Part shown: positions 1 to 12,659 of the stretch, piece after piece
Layout of the letters: each line of letters starts with the position of its first letter
How positions within the stretch are numbered: position 1 is the first letter of the stretch
Source of the DNA: Squalus acanthias
Lineage: Eukaryota
Direction: 5' to 3'
Assembly (NCBI GenBank): GCA_030390025.1
Contig: CM059431.1
Coordinates: 126,048,001-126,112,000 of the forward strand
DNA length: 64,000 bases
The notes under the pieces: generated by a model
The model's database searches: none
What the model was told of the DNA's origin: nothing
Seen by the model: the letters and a program-made list of their open reading frames with translations, nothing else
Position numbers and translations under genes: made by a program

Positions 1-650
1 TGAAGGGAGGGGTTGAGAGGTGAACCGCGTGCGCGGGAGAGGCTGCGCGCACGCAGCGAACTTAGGTTTTTTTTCAGGTTTCTCCGGGAAGGTAACTATT
101 AAAGAAGCTGCGCTTTTAAAAAGGCGGTGCAAGACCCGTTTGTAACAAGGTAAGTGGTTAATTAATTACAATATTAAAACATTTTCAACAGGTTTATCTT
201 TTTAGATACTTTAAAGAAAGGTAAGTTTATTTTTAGCACTGTTAAAAAGTATTTTAATTTTTTCAAAAATTTTAATTTTTGTTTAAAGTAGTTAATTTAT
301 TTAACTTATAATAGTTATTTTAAAAATGTGATGTTTTTTATAAAAATTTATTTGAAGTTTAGGTGTTGTTTTGGGGCCGATTTCAATTCATAGATTTGAC
401 AGGTCTTCCTGTCAAATCTATGAATGAAAGATGGTCTGCTGCCATTGGCTCTCCATGGCCCACGTGATCCCAGGGGATGCATCGCACTAACTACGCCCCT
501 GGGTTACACAAGCACTGCGTGCCAGCAGCTGCAGGAGGCCCAGGAGCTGAAGTCCCTGTGGGCCCAGAGGTCAACGGCAGGCGCGGTAGGTAGGTGCGCG
601 CGGGATCCTTGCACCCACGGGAAGCCAGGGAGCCTAATTTCTGGAAATGG
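1..650 (+). mobile_element. Harbinger-type MITE, family A (5' end outside window)
   Basis: Closely similar to 24386-25149 (shared GATGGTCTGCTGCCATTGGCTCTCCATGGCCCACGTGATCCCAGGGGATGCATCGCACTAACTACGCCCCTGGG block); ends in a TIR-like AATTTCTGG. Confidence 0.75.
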
Positions 651-2199
651 ATAGAGGAACTACCAATAAGGAACCACTAAAGACATATGGAAGTAGCCAA
701 CAAACTCCACTCATAAAAGATAGTTGGACCAATTAAATTGTTCAGTTGTTTTTGAAAATTCTTTCACCTGCCGCCTTACTTTCTGCACTAAGGTGGAAGT
801 AAGGAGGGAAGTACGTGAATTTTCGTTAGGCATTTATACCATTTTTTGAGGGTATCTGTGGCTTTTCCGTCAAAGCTACAACAGACAAGCAGGAGAGCCC
901 CGACAGAAATTCACCCGCAAAGGTTTAAAGCCATAAAAAAACAAGACCAATAAGAAATTTACCTGTGCAATATAATTTTCTGTGTCAAAATACCTCTAAA
1001 GATGCTCTCTGTCAGCAGTCTGTGTCTAGGTGAAAAGTTGCAGCAACGGATCAGAAGCAGCTCTGAGGAAATTTCCGGTCCTTGTGCTTCTCGGTCCCAC
1101 CTGATTTTTCGCCCCCACCACTTTACCCAAGCCCTTTTTGTACTGGGATTCCATCCGAGGCCACGAATAAATTTAGAACCAACAATTCTAATATAATCAC
1201 CGAACATTCTGATATCGGATAAACTGCTGATATCAGATCGGCTGCCCGGTTATATACCCCGCTTGTTTGTCCTTTCCAGTGAAAAGAAGTCCCTGGTAGG
1301 GAAAATCGTGCGGAGTGTAGAAAGTGCGGTTGAGCCCCGCCAAAATTGAAAGTTCCGCTCAATGTTTGGGATTTATTTTCACCTATCTGACACTCCACCC
1401 TCCCACAAACTCTCTCTGACTGAGAAAGTGGTCTGAGAGAGTGAACAGATGATTTGTTTCCAGACCTGGCCAAATATATCTTACTTCTCTATAACTTGGT
1501 GTAAGCAATTAGGGGAATGTGAACAGGAGTAACCCTTGGCAACACCTCCTGATTTTCCCCTGCTGTCTGTTGGGGAAGTACCTACTATCTGTTCACAACC
1601 TCCCCCATCCCGAAACTTGTTTAATCTTCAATTTCTTGTTGAATGTAGCTTACACTGAATTATATCAAACATAGCTTAAAGAAGTATGATGAGATCATGG
1701 TGGACCAGCACATTTAAACCAGCAGCATCCCTTAATTAGCATTGTTGCTGCTGAAATCACAGAGGTGATACTTGTGGGCTGCATTATTACAGTACCAATT
1801 ATCTTGTCGTTTTACCAACATTCAGTAAGTTAAAAATATACAATAAAAATATTTAGTTTCTTAAATTAATTAATGAGAGACTATTTTCAATATGGGCAAG
1901 CTAAGTACTGCACAAATGCAAATTAAAGGCCAGCTGCAGTTTGACTTATCAGTATGCAGACCAATGACAAATGCAATAGGCTAGAAGTTATGGTCGCTGA
2001 TGTTATCATAAGAACTCTTATAATACTTGACTCTCTCTGCTGTTTTAAAAAAGTCTTTTATTCTTTTAAAATAGACAGAAGTGATAGTAACTTCTAGGCT
2101 AATGTTATATTTGATGTCAGCTGATCTGAAGTGTAGGGAAAGCAAATAGGTTAGAGTGACTAAAGAAATTAAAATTTCAAAGCATGCATATTTTTAATA

Positions 2200-2560
2200 T
2201 AGAATCATAGAATCATACAGCAGCGAAGGTGCCATTCGGCTCATTATGCCTGTGCCGGCTCTTTGAAAGAGCGATCCAATTAGTCCCACTCCTGCTCTTT
2301 CTCCAAAGCCCTGCAATTTTTTTCCCCATCAAGTATTTATTCAATTCGCTTTTGAAAGCTATTATTGAATTTGCTTCCACCACCCTTTCAGGCAGTGCAT
2401 TCCAGATCATAACAACTCGCTATGTAAAAAAAATTCTCATCTCCCCTCTGGTTCTTTGCCAATTACCCTAAGTCTGCCTCCTCTGATTACCAACCCCCTT
2501 GCCAGGGAAACAGTTTCTCCCTATTTACGCTATCAAAACCCCTCATAATTTTAAATACAT
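2200..2560 (-). mobile_element. CR1 LINE 3' fragment
   Basis: Minus-strand WNALPERVVEANSIIAFKSELNKYL (CR1 ORF2 C-terminus) and (ATTCTATG)n-type tail at ~2200-2217. Confidence 0.85.
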
Positions 2561-2924
2561 TACATAAATGTATGTATATTTTTAACATTATGTAGATTTT
2601 TAACTTATATTTTGTATCTCTGAAGGCCTACCCCTTTAAACTAGCAATTCCATGTAATATATTATAACAATCCTGAGGGGCAAAGCTGTGGGAAGGTGGT
2701 TGTGTGGTCCATTCCACTTCTGGAGAAGGGGCAGGAGAAGCTGGGTATAGAAGGAAATAAGCAGTATGTTTTGGGGGAGAGAGAGAGAGAGCACAACAGG
2801 GGAGGCAGAGAGCAGCTCAGTTGCTGACTTGTATCATTGGTACTGGTTATTGTTCCACACACTGTTCTACATATATAGCCATGTTTGGAGCTGTTCTGGA
2901 AGAAGTTGAAGACTTTCTTAACCA

Positions 2925-3118
2925 ATGTTTATGGTTACATTGGTGGAAGCTGAGACACTCAATGTTTTCAAGGGGAGACTGGATAGGCACTTGAGGGAAA
3001 TAAACTTGCAGGGCTACGGGGATAGAGCGGGGGAATGGGACTGACTGGATTGCTCTACAGAGAGCCGGCACGGACTCGATGGGCCGAAGGGCCTCCTTCT
3101 GTGCCGTTATGACTTTAT
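2925..3118 (+). mobile_element. CR1 LINE 3' fragment
   Basis: GTGGAAGC..TTTCAAGGGGAGACTGGATAGGCAC..GGGCTACGGGGATAGAGCGGGG..GGCCTCCTTCTGTGCCG, typical of a CR1 3' end. Confidence 0.8.
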
Positions 3119-3339
3119 GGGGGAAAAATATGGAGATCAGTGCCACATCTGTGTTCCTCTCAGTCAGAGATGGAGAGACAGGGAGCTCGCAGATAGCTGG
3201 TGACAGAATTACAAATATCTATGTCACATATCTGTTCACATTATTTCATCAATGACTGAACGATGAGAAGACTGATTATAGTAATTGTCAATATTGTGAC
3301 TTTGCCACGACTAAATCATCTCCCTTTCTTTTGTCTTCC

Positions 3340-4830
3340 AGAGCCTTCAAGTGTACAGCAAGTGTTGTAGGGCATTCAGGAGGACGATTCCTCAGAGGAC
3401 CTCATTCCTTCTGAGGGTGAACTGTCATAGGACGTACAGCCGTGCACCAGTGCAAATACTCGCACTTCATTGGGTCCACTCAGACAGTTTGTTGGGATTT
3501 CACCTGGTGATTCACACCTCACAAGTGAGCATGAGCAGACACTGGTGACAGGGACAGCTTTGGAAAGTTTGCGTCGAGGCCACATTCCTCTCCAAGCTCT
3601 GCTCAGATGGACAGAAATGCTGGGGGCTATCATTGAGAATGTCAATGCCCATTATCCTGGCAGCAATCATGATGTGTTCAAACTGCAGCAGTCCTCTATG
3701 GCAGCTGCATTTCAACCACCATGGCAAACCAGAGGGTGGCTACTGGGTGACAAGGGTTATCCACTCATGATATGGTTCCTGACTCAGGGTCAATATGGCT
3801 CATGACCCGTGCACAGCTTCCTCTATCACGGACCATCACATTGTTCTCTTTCCCACAATGCAAAAATAGAAGCCAACAGAAAATACACATTCCAATTCAA
3901 ATTTATAAATTAAATCATGCCACAGTGCATATAAAACTAAACTAAACACTCTTGTGCATTCCCTTAGTTCCTTTTCTGTGTGCCTTTCCTGTCCTAGTGC
4001 TCCTACGAGGTACTTCTCCAGTGGCTGCAGCATGCCTGGTTGAAGGCTGTTGACTTTCAGTGGAGAAGACTGCAGAGAGCCTTAGAGGGCGACCTTGAGC
4101 AGCTCTGGGCCTAGAAGGCCCGACTGCAGACTGCACCATCTTGGCCTGGGCTGCAGCAGTCTGGACTGGCTGGCTGACAGAAAACAGCAAGGGCACTGGC
4201 AGAGTGGCATGGGTGGGAAAGCACAAATGCTGTCATCCTGAGAGAGACAGTAGGTTCGTATTCCATGGAGCCACTGCCACTCCCGCGGGGCAGTGCCTCA
4301 GCAATCCTAGTACTCGGTTGGAGAACACATTGCTGGAGTGCTGTTGACACCCTGCAAGCCCCTTTGAACACTGGTAAACCCAGCCACGATGGCATCAGTC
4401 TGAGCTTCCATGCCAGCAAGCTGAGATGGTATAACAGCAGTCTGAGCTTCCATTGCAGCACTCAGACACTATATCATGGTTGGCTACACAGGTGTGTAGA
4501 TGGAGGTGACCCCAATGTTCCCTTTACACTGCACGGCTGCGCAGCTCTTAGGACCTCCTGTGCAGCTGGCTCGCCAGCTTTTCAATGTGAAAATCCGCGC
4601 ATGCGCCATGTTTTGAATGGACCGCGCAACCACTTAAAGGTGCCGCGCACCCAAAAGAAGTAAGAGTGAACAATAATGGCCACCCATTCCATGTTGGAAG
4701 GAATGGGCTCCAAACTCTACGCAAAGCCCTGTGCCAAGTTGGTGCTGGACTCCTCCATGCTCCTTGACATTGAATGCAGTGTTCCCAGTGCACCAAGCAT
4801 TAGGTGAGTACACCCATCAGCCGTTTTATG
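3340..4830. mobile_element. Decayed Harbinger transposon remnant (transposase fragment on +, Myb/SANT-gene C-terminal fragment on -)
   Basis: ORF 3470-3805 has VNAHYPGSNHD and [11 protein letters not shown] (HARBI1-type DDE motifs); minus-strand 3942-4461 resembles 21473-21793 (GPSRPRA..RRSTR). Confidence 0.75.
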
Positions 4831-4837
4831 TAGCCTT

Positions 4838-7698
4838 TCTTTTTTATTCGTTTATGGGATGTGGGTGTCGCTGGCAAGGCCAGCATTTCTTGCCCATCAC
4901 AAATTGCCCTTGAGATGGTGGTGGTGAGCCGCCGTCTTGAACCGCTGTAGTCCATGTGGTGAAGGTACTCCCACAGTGCTGTTAGGTAGGGAGTTCCAGG
5001 ATTTTGACCCAGCGACAATGAAGGATCGGCAATATATTTCTAAGTCAGGATGGTGTGTGACTTGGAGGGGAACTTGGAGGTGGTGGTGTTCCCATGCGCC
5101 TGCTGCCTTTGTCCTTCTAGGTGGATGAGATCGCGGGTTTGGGAGGTGCTGCCGAAGAAGCCTTGGCGAGTTGCTGCAGTGCATCTTGTAGACGGTACAC
5201 ACTGCAGCCATGGTGGTGGAGGGAGTGAATGTTTAAGGTGGTGGATGGGGTGCCAATCAAGCAGGCTGCTTTGTCCTAGATGGTGTCGAGCTTCTTGAGT
5301 GTTGTTGGAGCTGCACTCCTCCAGGCAAGTGGAGAGTATTCCATCACACTCATTACTTGTGCCTTGTAGATGGTGGAAAGGTTTCGGGGAGTCAGGAGGT
5401 GAGACGCTCATCGCAGAATACCTAGTGGCTGATCTGCTCTTGTTGCCACAGTATTTATGTGGCTGGTCCAGTTAAGTTTCTGATTGATGGTGACCCCCGG
5501 GATGTTAATGTTGGGGGATTCGGCTATGGTAATGCCGTTGAATGTCAAGGGGACATGGTTAGACTCTCGCTTGTTGGAGATAGTCATTGCCTGGCACATC
5601 TGTGGTGCGAATGTTATCTGCCACTTATCAGCCCAAGTCTGAACGTCGTCCAGGTCTTGTTGCATGCAGAACTTGGAGTAGGCTGATATGGATCATCCAC
5701 TCGGCACTTCTGGCTGAAGATGGTTGCAAATAATTCAGCCTTTTCTTTTGCACTAACATGCTGGGCTCCACCATCATTGAGGATGGGGATATTCATGGAG
5801 CCTCCTCCTCCTGTTAGTTGTTTAATGGTCCACCACCATTCACGACTGGATGTGGCAGGACTGCAGAGCTTTGATCTGATCCGTTGATTGTGAGATGGCT
5901 TTGCCCTGTCTATAGCATGCTGCTTCTGCTTTTTAGCATGCATGTAGTCCTGTGTTGCAGCTTCCCCAGATTGGCACCTCATTTTTAGGTACGCCTGCTG
6001 CTGCTGCTCCTGGCATGCTCTTCTACACTTCTTATTGAACCAGGGTTGATCCCCTGGCTTGATGGTAATGGTAAAGTGAGGAATATGCTGGGCCATGAGG
6101 TTACAGGTTGTGGTGGAATACAATTCTGCTGCTGCTGATGGCCCACAGTGCCTCATGGATGCCCAGTTTTGAGCTGCCAGATCTGTTCTGAATCTATCCC
6201 ATTTAGCACGGTGGTAGAGCCACACAACACAATGGAGGGTGTCCTCAGTGTGAAGACGTGACTTCGTCTCCACAATGACTGTGCAGTGGTCACTGCTACC
6301 AGCACTGTCATGGACAGATGCATCTGCGACAGGTAGATTGGTGAGGACGAGGTCAAGTAGGTTTTTCCCTCGTGTTGGCTCTCTCACCACCTGTCGCAGG
6401 CCCAGACTGGCAGTTATGTCCTTCAGGACTCGGCCAGCCCGGTCAGTAGTGGTGCTACCGAGCCACTCTTGGTGATGGACATTGAAGTCCCCCATCCAGA
6501 GTACCTTCTGTGCCCTTGCTACTCTCAGTGCTTCTTCCAAGTGGTGTTCAACATGGAGGAGTACTGATTCATCAGCTGAGGCAGGCGTTAGGTTGTAATC
6601 AGCAGGAGGTTTCCTTGCCCATGCTTGACCTGAAGCCATGAGACTTCATGGGGTCTGGAGTCAATGTTGAGGATTCCCAGGGCCACTCCTTCCCGACTGT
6701 ATACCTGGTGGGACGGGACATACCCAGGGATGGTGATGGAGGAGTTTGGGACATTGCCTGAAAGGTATGATTCTGTGAGTATGACTATGTTAGGCTGTTG
6801 CTTGACTGGTCTATGATTCAGCTCTCCCAATTTTGGCACAAGTCCCCAGATGTTGGCGAGGAGGACTTTGCAGGGTTGACTGGACTGGGTGTGCCATTGT
6901 CGTGTCCGTAGCCGGTGCCGAGGTCGATGCTGGGTCGTCCGTCCGGTTTCATTCTTATTATTGTGTTTTGTAACAGTTTGTTACAACTGAGTGACTTGCC
7001 AGGCCATTTCAGAGGGCAGTTAAGAGTGAACCACATTGCTGGGGGTCTGGAGTCACATATAGGCCAGACCAGGTCAGCATGGCAGATTTCCTTCCCTAAA
7101 GAACATTAGTGAACCAGATGGGTTTTTACGTCAATCCGATAGTTTCATGGTTACCATTACTGATCCAGGGACTTGAGCACATAAAGCTAGGCTGACACTC
7201 CGGTGCAGTGCTGATGGAGTCCTGCACTGTCGGAGGTGCCGTCTTTCGGATGAGACGTTAAACTGCACTCTCAGGTGGATGTAAAAAGATCCCATGGCAC
7301 TATGTCGAAGAAGAGCAGGGGAGTTATCCCCGGTTTCCTGGCCAATATTTATCCCTCAACCAACATAACAAAAACAGATTATCTGGTCATTATCACTTTG
7401 CTGTTTGTGGGACCATACTCTGCGCAAATTGGCTGCCGCGTTTCCCACATTACAACAGTGACTCCACTTCTAAAAGTACTTCATTGGCTGTGAAGCGCTT
7501 TGAGACGTCCAGTGGTCGTGAAAGGCACTATATAAATGCAAGTCTTTCTTTTCTTTTAATAATTATTCCAGATTTATTTAATTAACTGAATTTAAATTTC
7601 CCAGCTGCCGTGGTGGGATTTGAACTCACATCTCTGGATCATTAGTCCAGGCCTCTGGATTACTAGCCCAGTGACATTATCACTACATTACTGTTCCC
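4838..7698 (-). mobile_element. APE-type non-LTR retrotransposon (CR1/L2 superclade; exact clade uncertain) with tRNA-like 5' head, RT core deleted, SINE inserted
   Basis: Endonuclease motifs IVILTESYL, MGDFNVHH, LLDLVLTN, SDHC (5614-6839) join directly at ~5680 to post-RT sequence QQDLDDVQTWADKWQITF; A-rich tail ~4838-4850; paralogous to 62275-64000. Confidence 0.85.
7164..7556 (+). mobile_element. DeuSINE (SacSINE1/AmnSINE1-like), 5'-truncated, inserted in the LINE 5' region
   Basis: GGAGGTGCCGTCTTTCGGATGAGACGTTAAAC..GTAAAAGATCCCATGGCACTA Deu-domain-like core and ..CTATATAAATGCAAGTCTTTC tail. Confidence 0.85.
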
Positions 7699-7882
7699 AT
7701 CAAAGTCCCCATCTGAGTCCTCTGCAGCAGAACTAGGTTGCGATCTCGCCCTCTGGCAAGCAGGCACCTGTGCTATTCTTTTCCCCAGCCTGGCTCCAGC
7801 GCACTTGTGCCCAGTTTCTTACCACGTGCAGATCCCGCCTCTATACTACCCTTGGGGGCAATCCCAGGCAATCAGGAGGGGA

Positions 7883-7990
7883 GAAGGTCGGCTATTGTGA
7901 CTTGTGGAGGGCAAAGGTCAGCCATATCGATTTGTGGAGGGCAAAGGTCAGCCGTATCGACTTGTGGAGGCAGAAGGTCGGCCATCGTGG
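7883..7990 (+). repeat. 30-bp minisatellite, ~3.5 copies
   Basis: Unit approx. AAGGTCAGCCATATCGACTTGTGGAGGGCA repeated in tandem. Confidence 0.85.
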
Positions 7991-8818
7991 CAGAGAGTGA
8001 GATCAGAGATCGGGGCTGGTGGGGGGTGATCAGCAATCACAGCAGCGGGAGACAGAGGCCACGATCTTCAAGGTGGAGGTTGTAGGCTTCTTTGAGGGAC
8101 TGGGGAGCAGCATTACTGTGTTGATAAAAGCAGCTCCCACCTCCTTTTCACTGCTGGATATCCCAACCCCTGGGAAACCTGCAAAGTAGCAGTGAATTCC
8201 CGTGGGAAACCTGCAAAGTAGCAGTGAATTTTAAACTGAGGTTCCAATTACACAGTGCATGCCCGATTTAAATACGTTAATGATGTGCTCCCCCTCTTCA
8301 CGGCAGGACTCTCAGATGCCGCATTTCACGTGCACAACTTATTAGGGACATGTTCCCTGACATGAATCTGTCATTCATGGCTTATGAAATAATACTGAGT
8401 GGCCTGCGGGTGGCGCTGTCCAGGGAGAGTATAAATACTCGGGCACGGGCCCAGCTTGTGCAGGACATTCTTAACAGGAACCGGTGAAGGACACAACTAG
8501 ACCTCCATGTTGTAAAATAGTTGATTAAAGCTTTGTTTAATGCTTAGACCGAGTGCCTACTAGTTTTAATACGTCATTACCCATACTCAAAATTTTTGAT
8601 CTTCCCCCTCCCAACCCTCTCCTGCCTGTCATGGGGGCGGGGGTATTAATATCGAGGCCTTAGAGTCAACAGAATCCAAAAACTGGAGCAAAAGCTTGTC
8701 CACAATTAATCTACCATGGAAAAGCATTTTGACTGATGAACAGTAAATCAGTCAGAAAATAAGCACGTGGAAGAGATATTTGACAGTCAGATTACTTGAA
8801 CAAAGAAATAAAGTCCAT

Positions 8819-10411
8819 GGCCCAGAAATTCGAAATGTTTGCGCTGGCAGTTAAGGCCCGTTTTGGGGGGGAAAATGGCGGCAGGTCGGCAGCGCTGCCG
8901 TTGCCTGCGCTCACTGAAAGTATTGTAATTAGTCGGAGCTTGTTGTCAATCAGCGTGCAACGCAGAGTTGATGCCCGCTCATCCATTTTGGAGATCGCCG
9001 TTCCTCTTGCTGCCCTCTGCAAAGCACGCCCATGCATGCAGCTGCTGACAGCGCTTCACCATAGTATACAGCAATTCCCCGAGCACGCTTCAAGTGGCAA
9101 ATGTGACGTAGCCAGAATGTAAAGATCGAATTATCTCCTCGTAGTGTTTATATTAATCGCAAGCCTAGGTCTTGATAACTAATGCTTGAGATTTGTAAGT
9201 AAAGTTTAATTTATTTTTCAGTGGTTTGCTTATTTGAAACTGTCCTGCTTGAGATTGTAATACTGAATGTGTAACAAATGGGAAGATGCAGAATATTGCA
9301 AGTAATTACTTCTGAGTGACTCTAAGAGTAAGCTTGAGGTTTGGATTAGGAATCACCTACGGATGTTCAGTGTTTCGAGCTCTGAAAGCTGAAGTGTGAA
9401 TTCAAATTCTTGAAGTTATCAGCTATGAGCACTCTCTGCTCACCATGGAATAGTAAAAACCCTCAGCTGTCAGACCCTCCTAAGCCAGTGACTAAAGTGA
9501 CCTCAGCATATCGATGAAATTACAATATAATGGTTTCAAAAACTACAAAACACTGGATTTGATCGTTCCTGTGCTATATCTTTTTCTTCTTGCTTCATAA
9601 AAATTTAAACAAGCTTAGTCTCTATTCCTTTTGAATGAGATGTGTGGGTAAAGTGATGGGGAGAGTCATTGAAAGCATTAAATGGGCCATTTTGGCTCAA
9701 AGTAAAAATCAATGAACAGAGTTCCCTTTCAGCTATGGTGTCCGCAGGGTTCTCTTTAAACAACACTGAATGCTGCATTCCTTCTTCAGCGCAATGAGAG
9801 GTACAGACTTCAGTACAAACAAGATCATTAATTTGCCCTGTTTTACACCCACACCCTCCAACCTTCTCCCATAAAACCCGAAGTACGGTCAAACCACAGA
9901 CTTCCCCGGCGCAGACTCCCCACAAATGCATAAACAAGTTGCCGAACTCTTTTTCCATCTGTAGAAATTTTGCGAGCCGGAGCCTGAGCTGATTTAAAAG
10001 ATGACTTCCACAGACAGGTTCCAGAGCTTTGCTTGTGTCAATTTGCTGTGCTTTAAACAAGAGGGAGCTTTCTCCACAAAAAGTAAATTCAATGCTGTAG
10101 CATTGATTGGTGAGCGAGTGCCAGGTAAATTGCTAAAACAAATACAGAAACTGTTCCGTACCTGGGCTACAGGTTGAGTCATTCCTTCCTCATTCTCCTT
10201 AAATGCAAACGGGACACAAACGCGACCTTCAGCCTCCTGCTGAGCTTAGTGACAGAAAGAGCAGGTTACACCACAAATTCTCCGCATCGCTGATGTAAAT
10301 TAGCAGGCAGCACCAAAATACTGGTGCTGCCTGCGCTCTCTCTGCGGGCGGCCATTAGCCTTGGCCAGCGCTGTTACCGGCAGATTATCAGCCTACTCGA
10401 ATTTCTAGGTC
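8819..10411. mobile_element. Non-autonomous Harbinger-type DNA element
   Basis: TIRs GGCCCAGAAATTCG / CGAATTTCTAGGTC with 3-bp TSD CAT on both sides. Confidence 0.65.
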
Positions 10412-11031
10412 CATGACTTTGAACTATATATGGAGGGATTCTGTACTAGTATAATTATTGATTTGTTTAGCAGTTGGGTTTTTCATTTGGTTAGTGTTGC
10501 TGGAGTTAGTATTGAACAATAGGATTAGAGATGAGTAAGGTTAATTTTAGAGTTCAGTGCTCCAGGTGCACAGTTTCGCATGTCGGTCGCACATATCATG
10601 AATTTCAGCCGAATGCTCCCATGGTTTTCCATCCATTAATTTTAATTGACAGAAAATCATTGGGTTACACGTCTGAATTCCCCTTTTGCATATCCGGCAT
10701 GCGAAAATTGGATTGGGAGCACCGAGGACAAAAATTTAGAAGAAAACAAGAACTGAACAGAATGTGGGAACATGAAAAGACCTTGAGTAGCAGAAAGACG
10801 TAAAGAATATTAAAGAAAACTAGAAGTGGAGAAAAACGAAAATTAATGCAATTAGCTCCCAATGTATAAGCTATATAGTAACAAGAGAAGAATTCTACTG
10901 ACAAACTAGAAGAGGATTGAAACAATTCATTTGAAGAGGTAGATCCAAGGTGGAATCATAACTGTCAAAGAAGTCTGCACATACTAGCCTTGAAATTAGT
11001 GTGGCAAATGTTAGCGAACAAACATCTAATA

Positions 11032-11218
11032 GGGCTGATTTTCCGAAAGCATGATCCTGGCATGTAGCCTTGTTACCTGTGATATTTGGGAAATCACAGG
11101 TATGCTTGCTGCAATTTTCTGTGTATTATTGGATATACGTTCACGGAGAGCACGCCTGCGATTTCCAGTATGTGGTCACAGTGGGCGTGTCGGGAACACA
11201 TATTTGGAAAATCACCCC
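11032..11218. mobile_element. Short Harbinger-type MITE
   Basis: TIRs GGGCTGATTTTCC / GGAAAATCACCCC with TSD ATA/ATA. Confidence 0.7.
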
Positions 11219-12659
11219 ATAGGTGTTAACATAATATTCCTCTGTCCACTATTTTAACATTTAAAATAAAGATATTAGCAGCTCCTTTAAAACCATGACA
11301 GAAGAATGTGTCAAGTTAATATTGCCAACAGTAAATTCGAAACTATTGAGACTAAACTTCCACTAGAAAAATGAAATGATTAAGATCTTCATTTCAATCA
11401 AAATGGTTTCTGCAGTATTAACAATGGCACTCTAATTATGAATGTAATATGTCATGTTGAATTGAACCCAGGTAGTGTTATGTTTTGGTAATCTTGAGCT
11501 GAACTGCTGTTCTGTTGTAATGATTACATTAATAGTGATATGACCTTGCTCGTTAAAAGAAAATACACTTTTTTTAATATGTCATCGTGTCTGTGCAGCT
11601 GTTCATAACTCACGTAGTAGCTGTGTTAAATAGTACCTCAAGCTATGTTCCTGTTTATCACTGAATGGAGTTTGATATTTTAATCTGAGCCAAGTTTTTG
11701 TTGACTGACTCAGACTGAGCTAAATCTAGGATCCCGTTTTAAAACATTGGATAAATATAAATTCTCTTTTCCAATCCCATTGGTCTGTCTGAGCATAGAA
11801 CAGTGGGCATCTATGAAGTGTCCAAATCCTTTCCTCATGATGAGCTGTACTTGTTCTTCAAGCAAGTTGAAGCTGGCCATGGCTGCTTCTTGGAGCTTTG
11901 ACCTGAAGGTTTACAAAGCAGCAGTGGAAGCATTCATGAGAGATGCTCCTACTGTGCGACGGTCTGTATAACTAAGGCTTCCCATACAGATGCCATTGAT
12001 GTCGTCACATGCTCTGTGACAGACTTCAGGATGGACAACTGTTGCTATCATTCAGGTGAGTGATGGAAGCACAGCTCTGGATGTTGAATTCCTCCACCCT
12101 GCCAAGACCACTTTGACACTGTTATGTGTGAGAAGGCAAGCACTGCTGCTGCACTAGCCTCTGTTTGAAAGCACGCCCATCAAGGTCAGTATCACCATAC
12201 ATCTTAGGAGGGCACTTAGCACGCTACACCTCTGCATTGCACCACCACTGCTACCTCTAACTCACCATTGCTGGTGCCTCACTCTATGCTTCCTCCTCAA
12301 CATCGTCATCTCCTTCGCTCTTAGTATATGTAACTTTACTGGTGTCTGCTTCAAGCCAGAGTGCAGCCAGTTGGTGCAAGATGAATAGTGCTATTCAGGT
12401 GCACATATGCTATTATGCTTTGTTCAGATATTTCCTGTGCTACTACTTTATACCAGTAATTTTACCTTACTTTCATAACTTTTTCCAAACCTCCAGCTAG
12501 ATCCTTCTAGGCTGGTGTTACTTTTTTCAGTGACATAGCAGCATGTTTGGTGCCATAACCCTGTACCAAAAATGTTACCATGTATTTCCTTAACAGAAAT
12601 TGCCAACACATGGAGGGCCATATCAGTAAGGCAGGTCTTCTGTAATTTCACCCCTTGCT

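Noticed and set aside
959..1207. Possible minus-strand host exon ending CACAG|GTAAAT
   Set aside because: No recognisable protein, overlaps MITE-like sequence, no partner exons
7883..7990. CRISPR-like 30-bp repeats
   Set aside because: Tandem units without unique spacers, eukaryotic context, no cas genes
11890..12300. Additional Harbinger remnant
   Set aside because: Only a faint GFP..AID-like trace; too decayed to delimit
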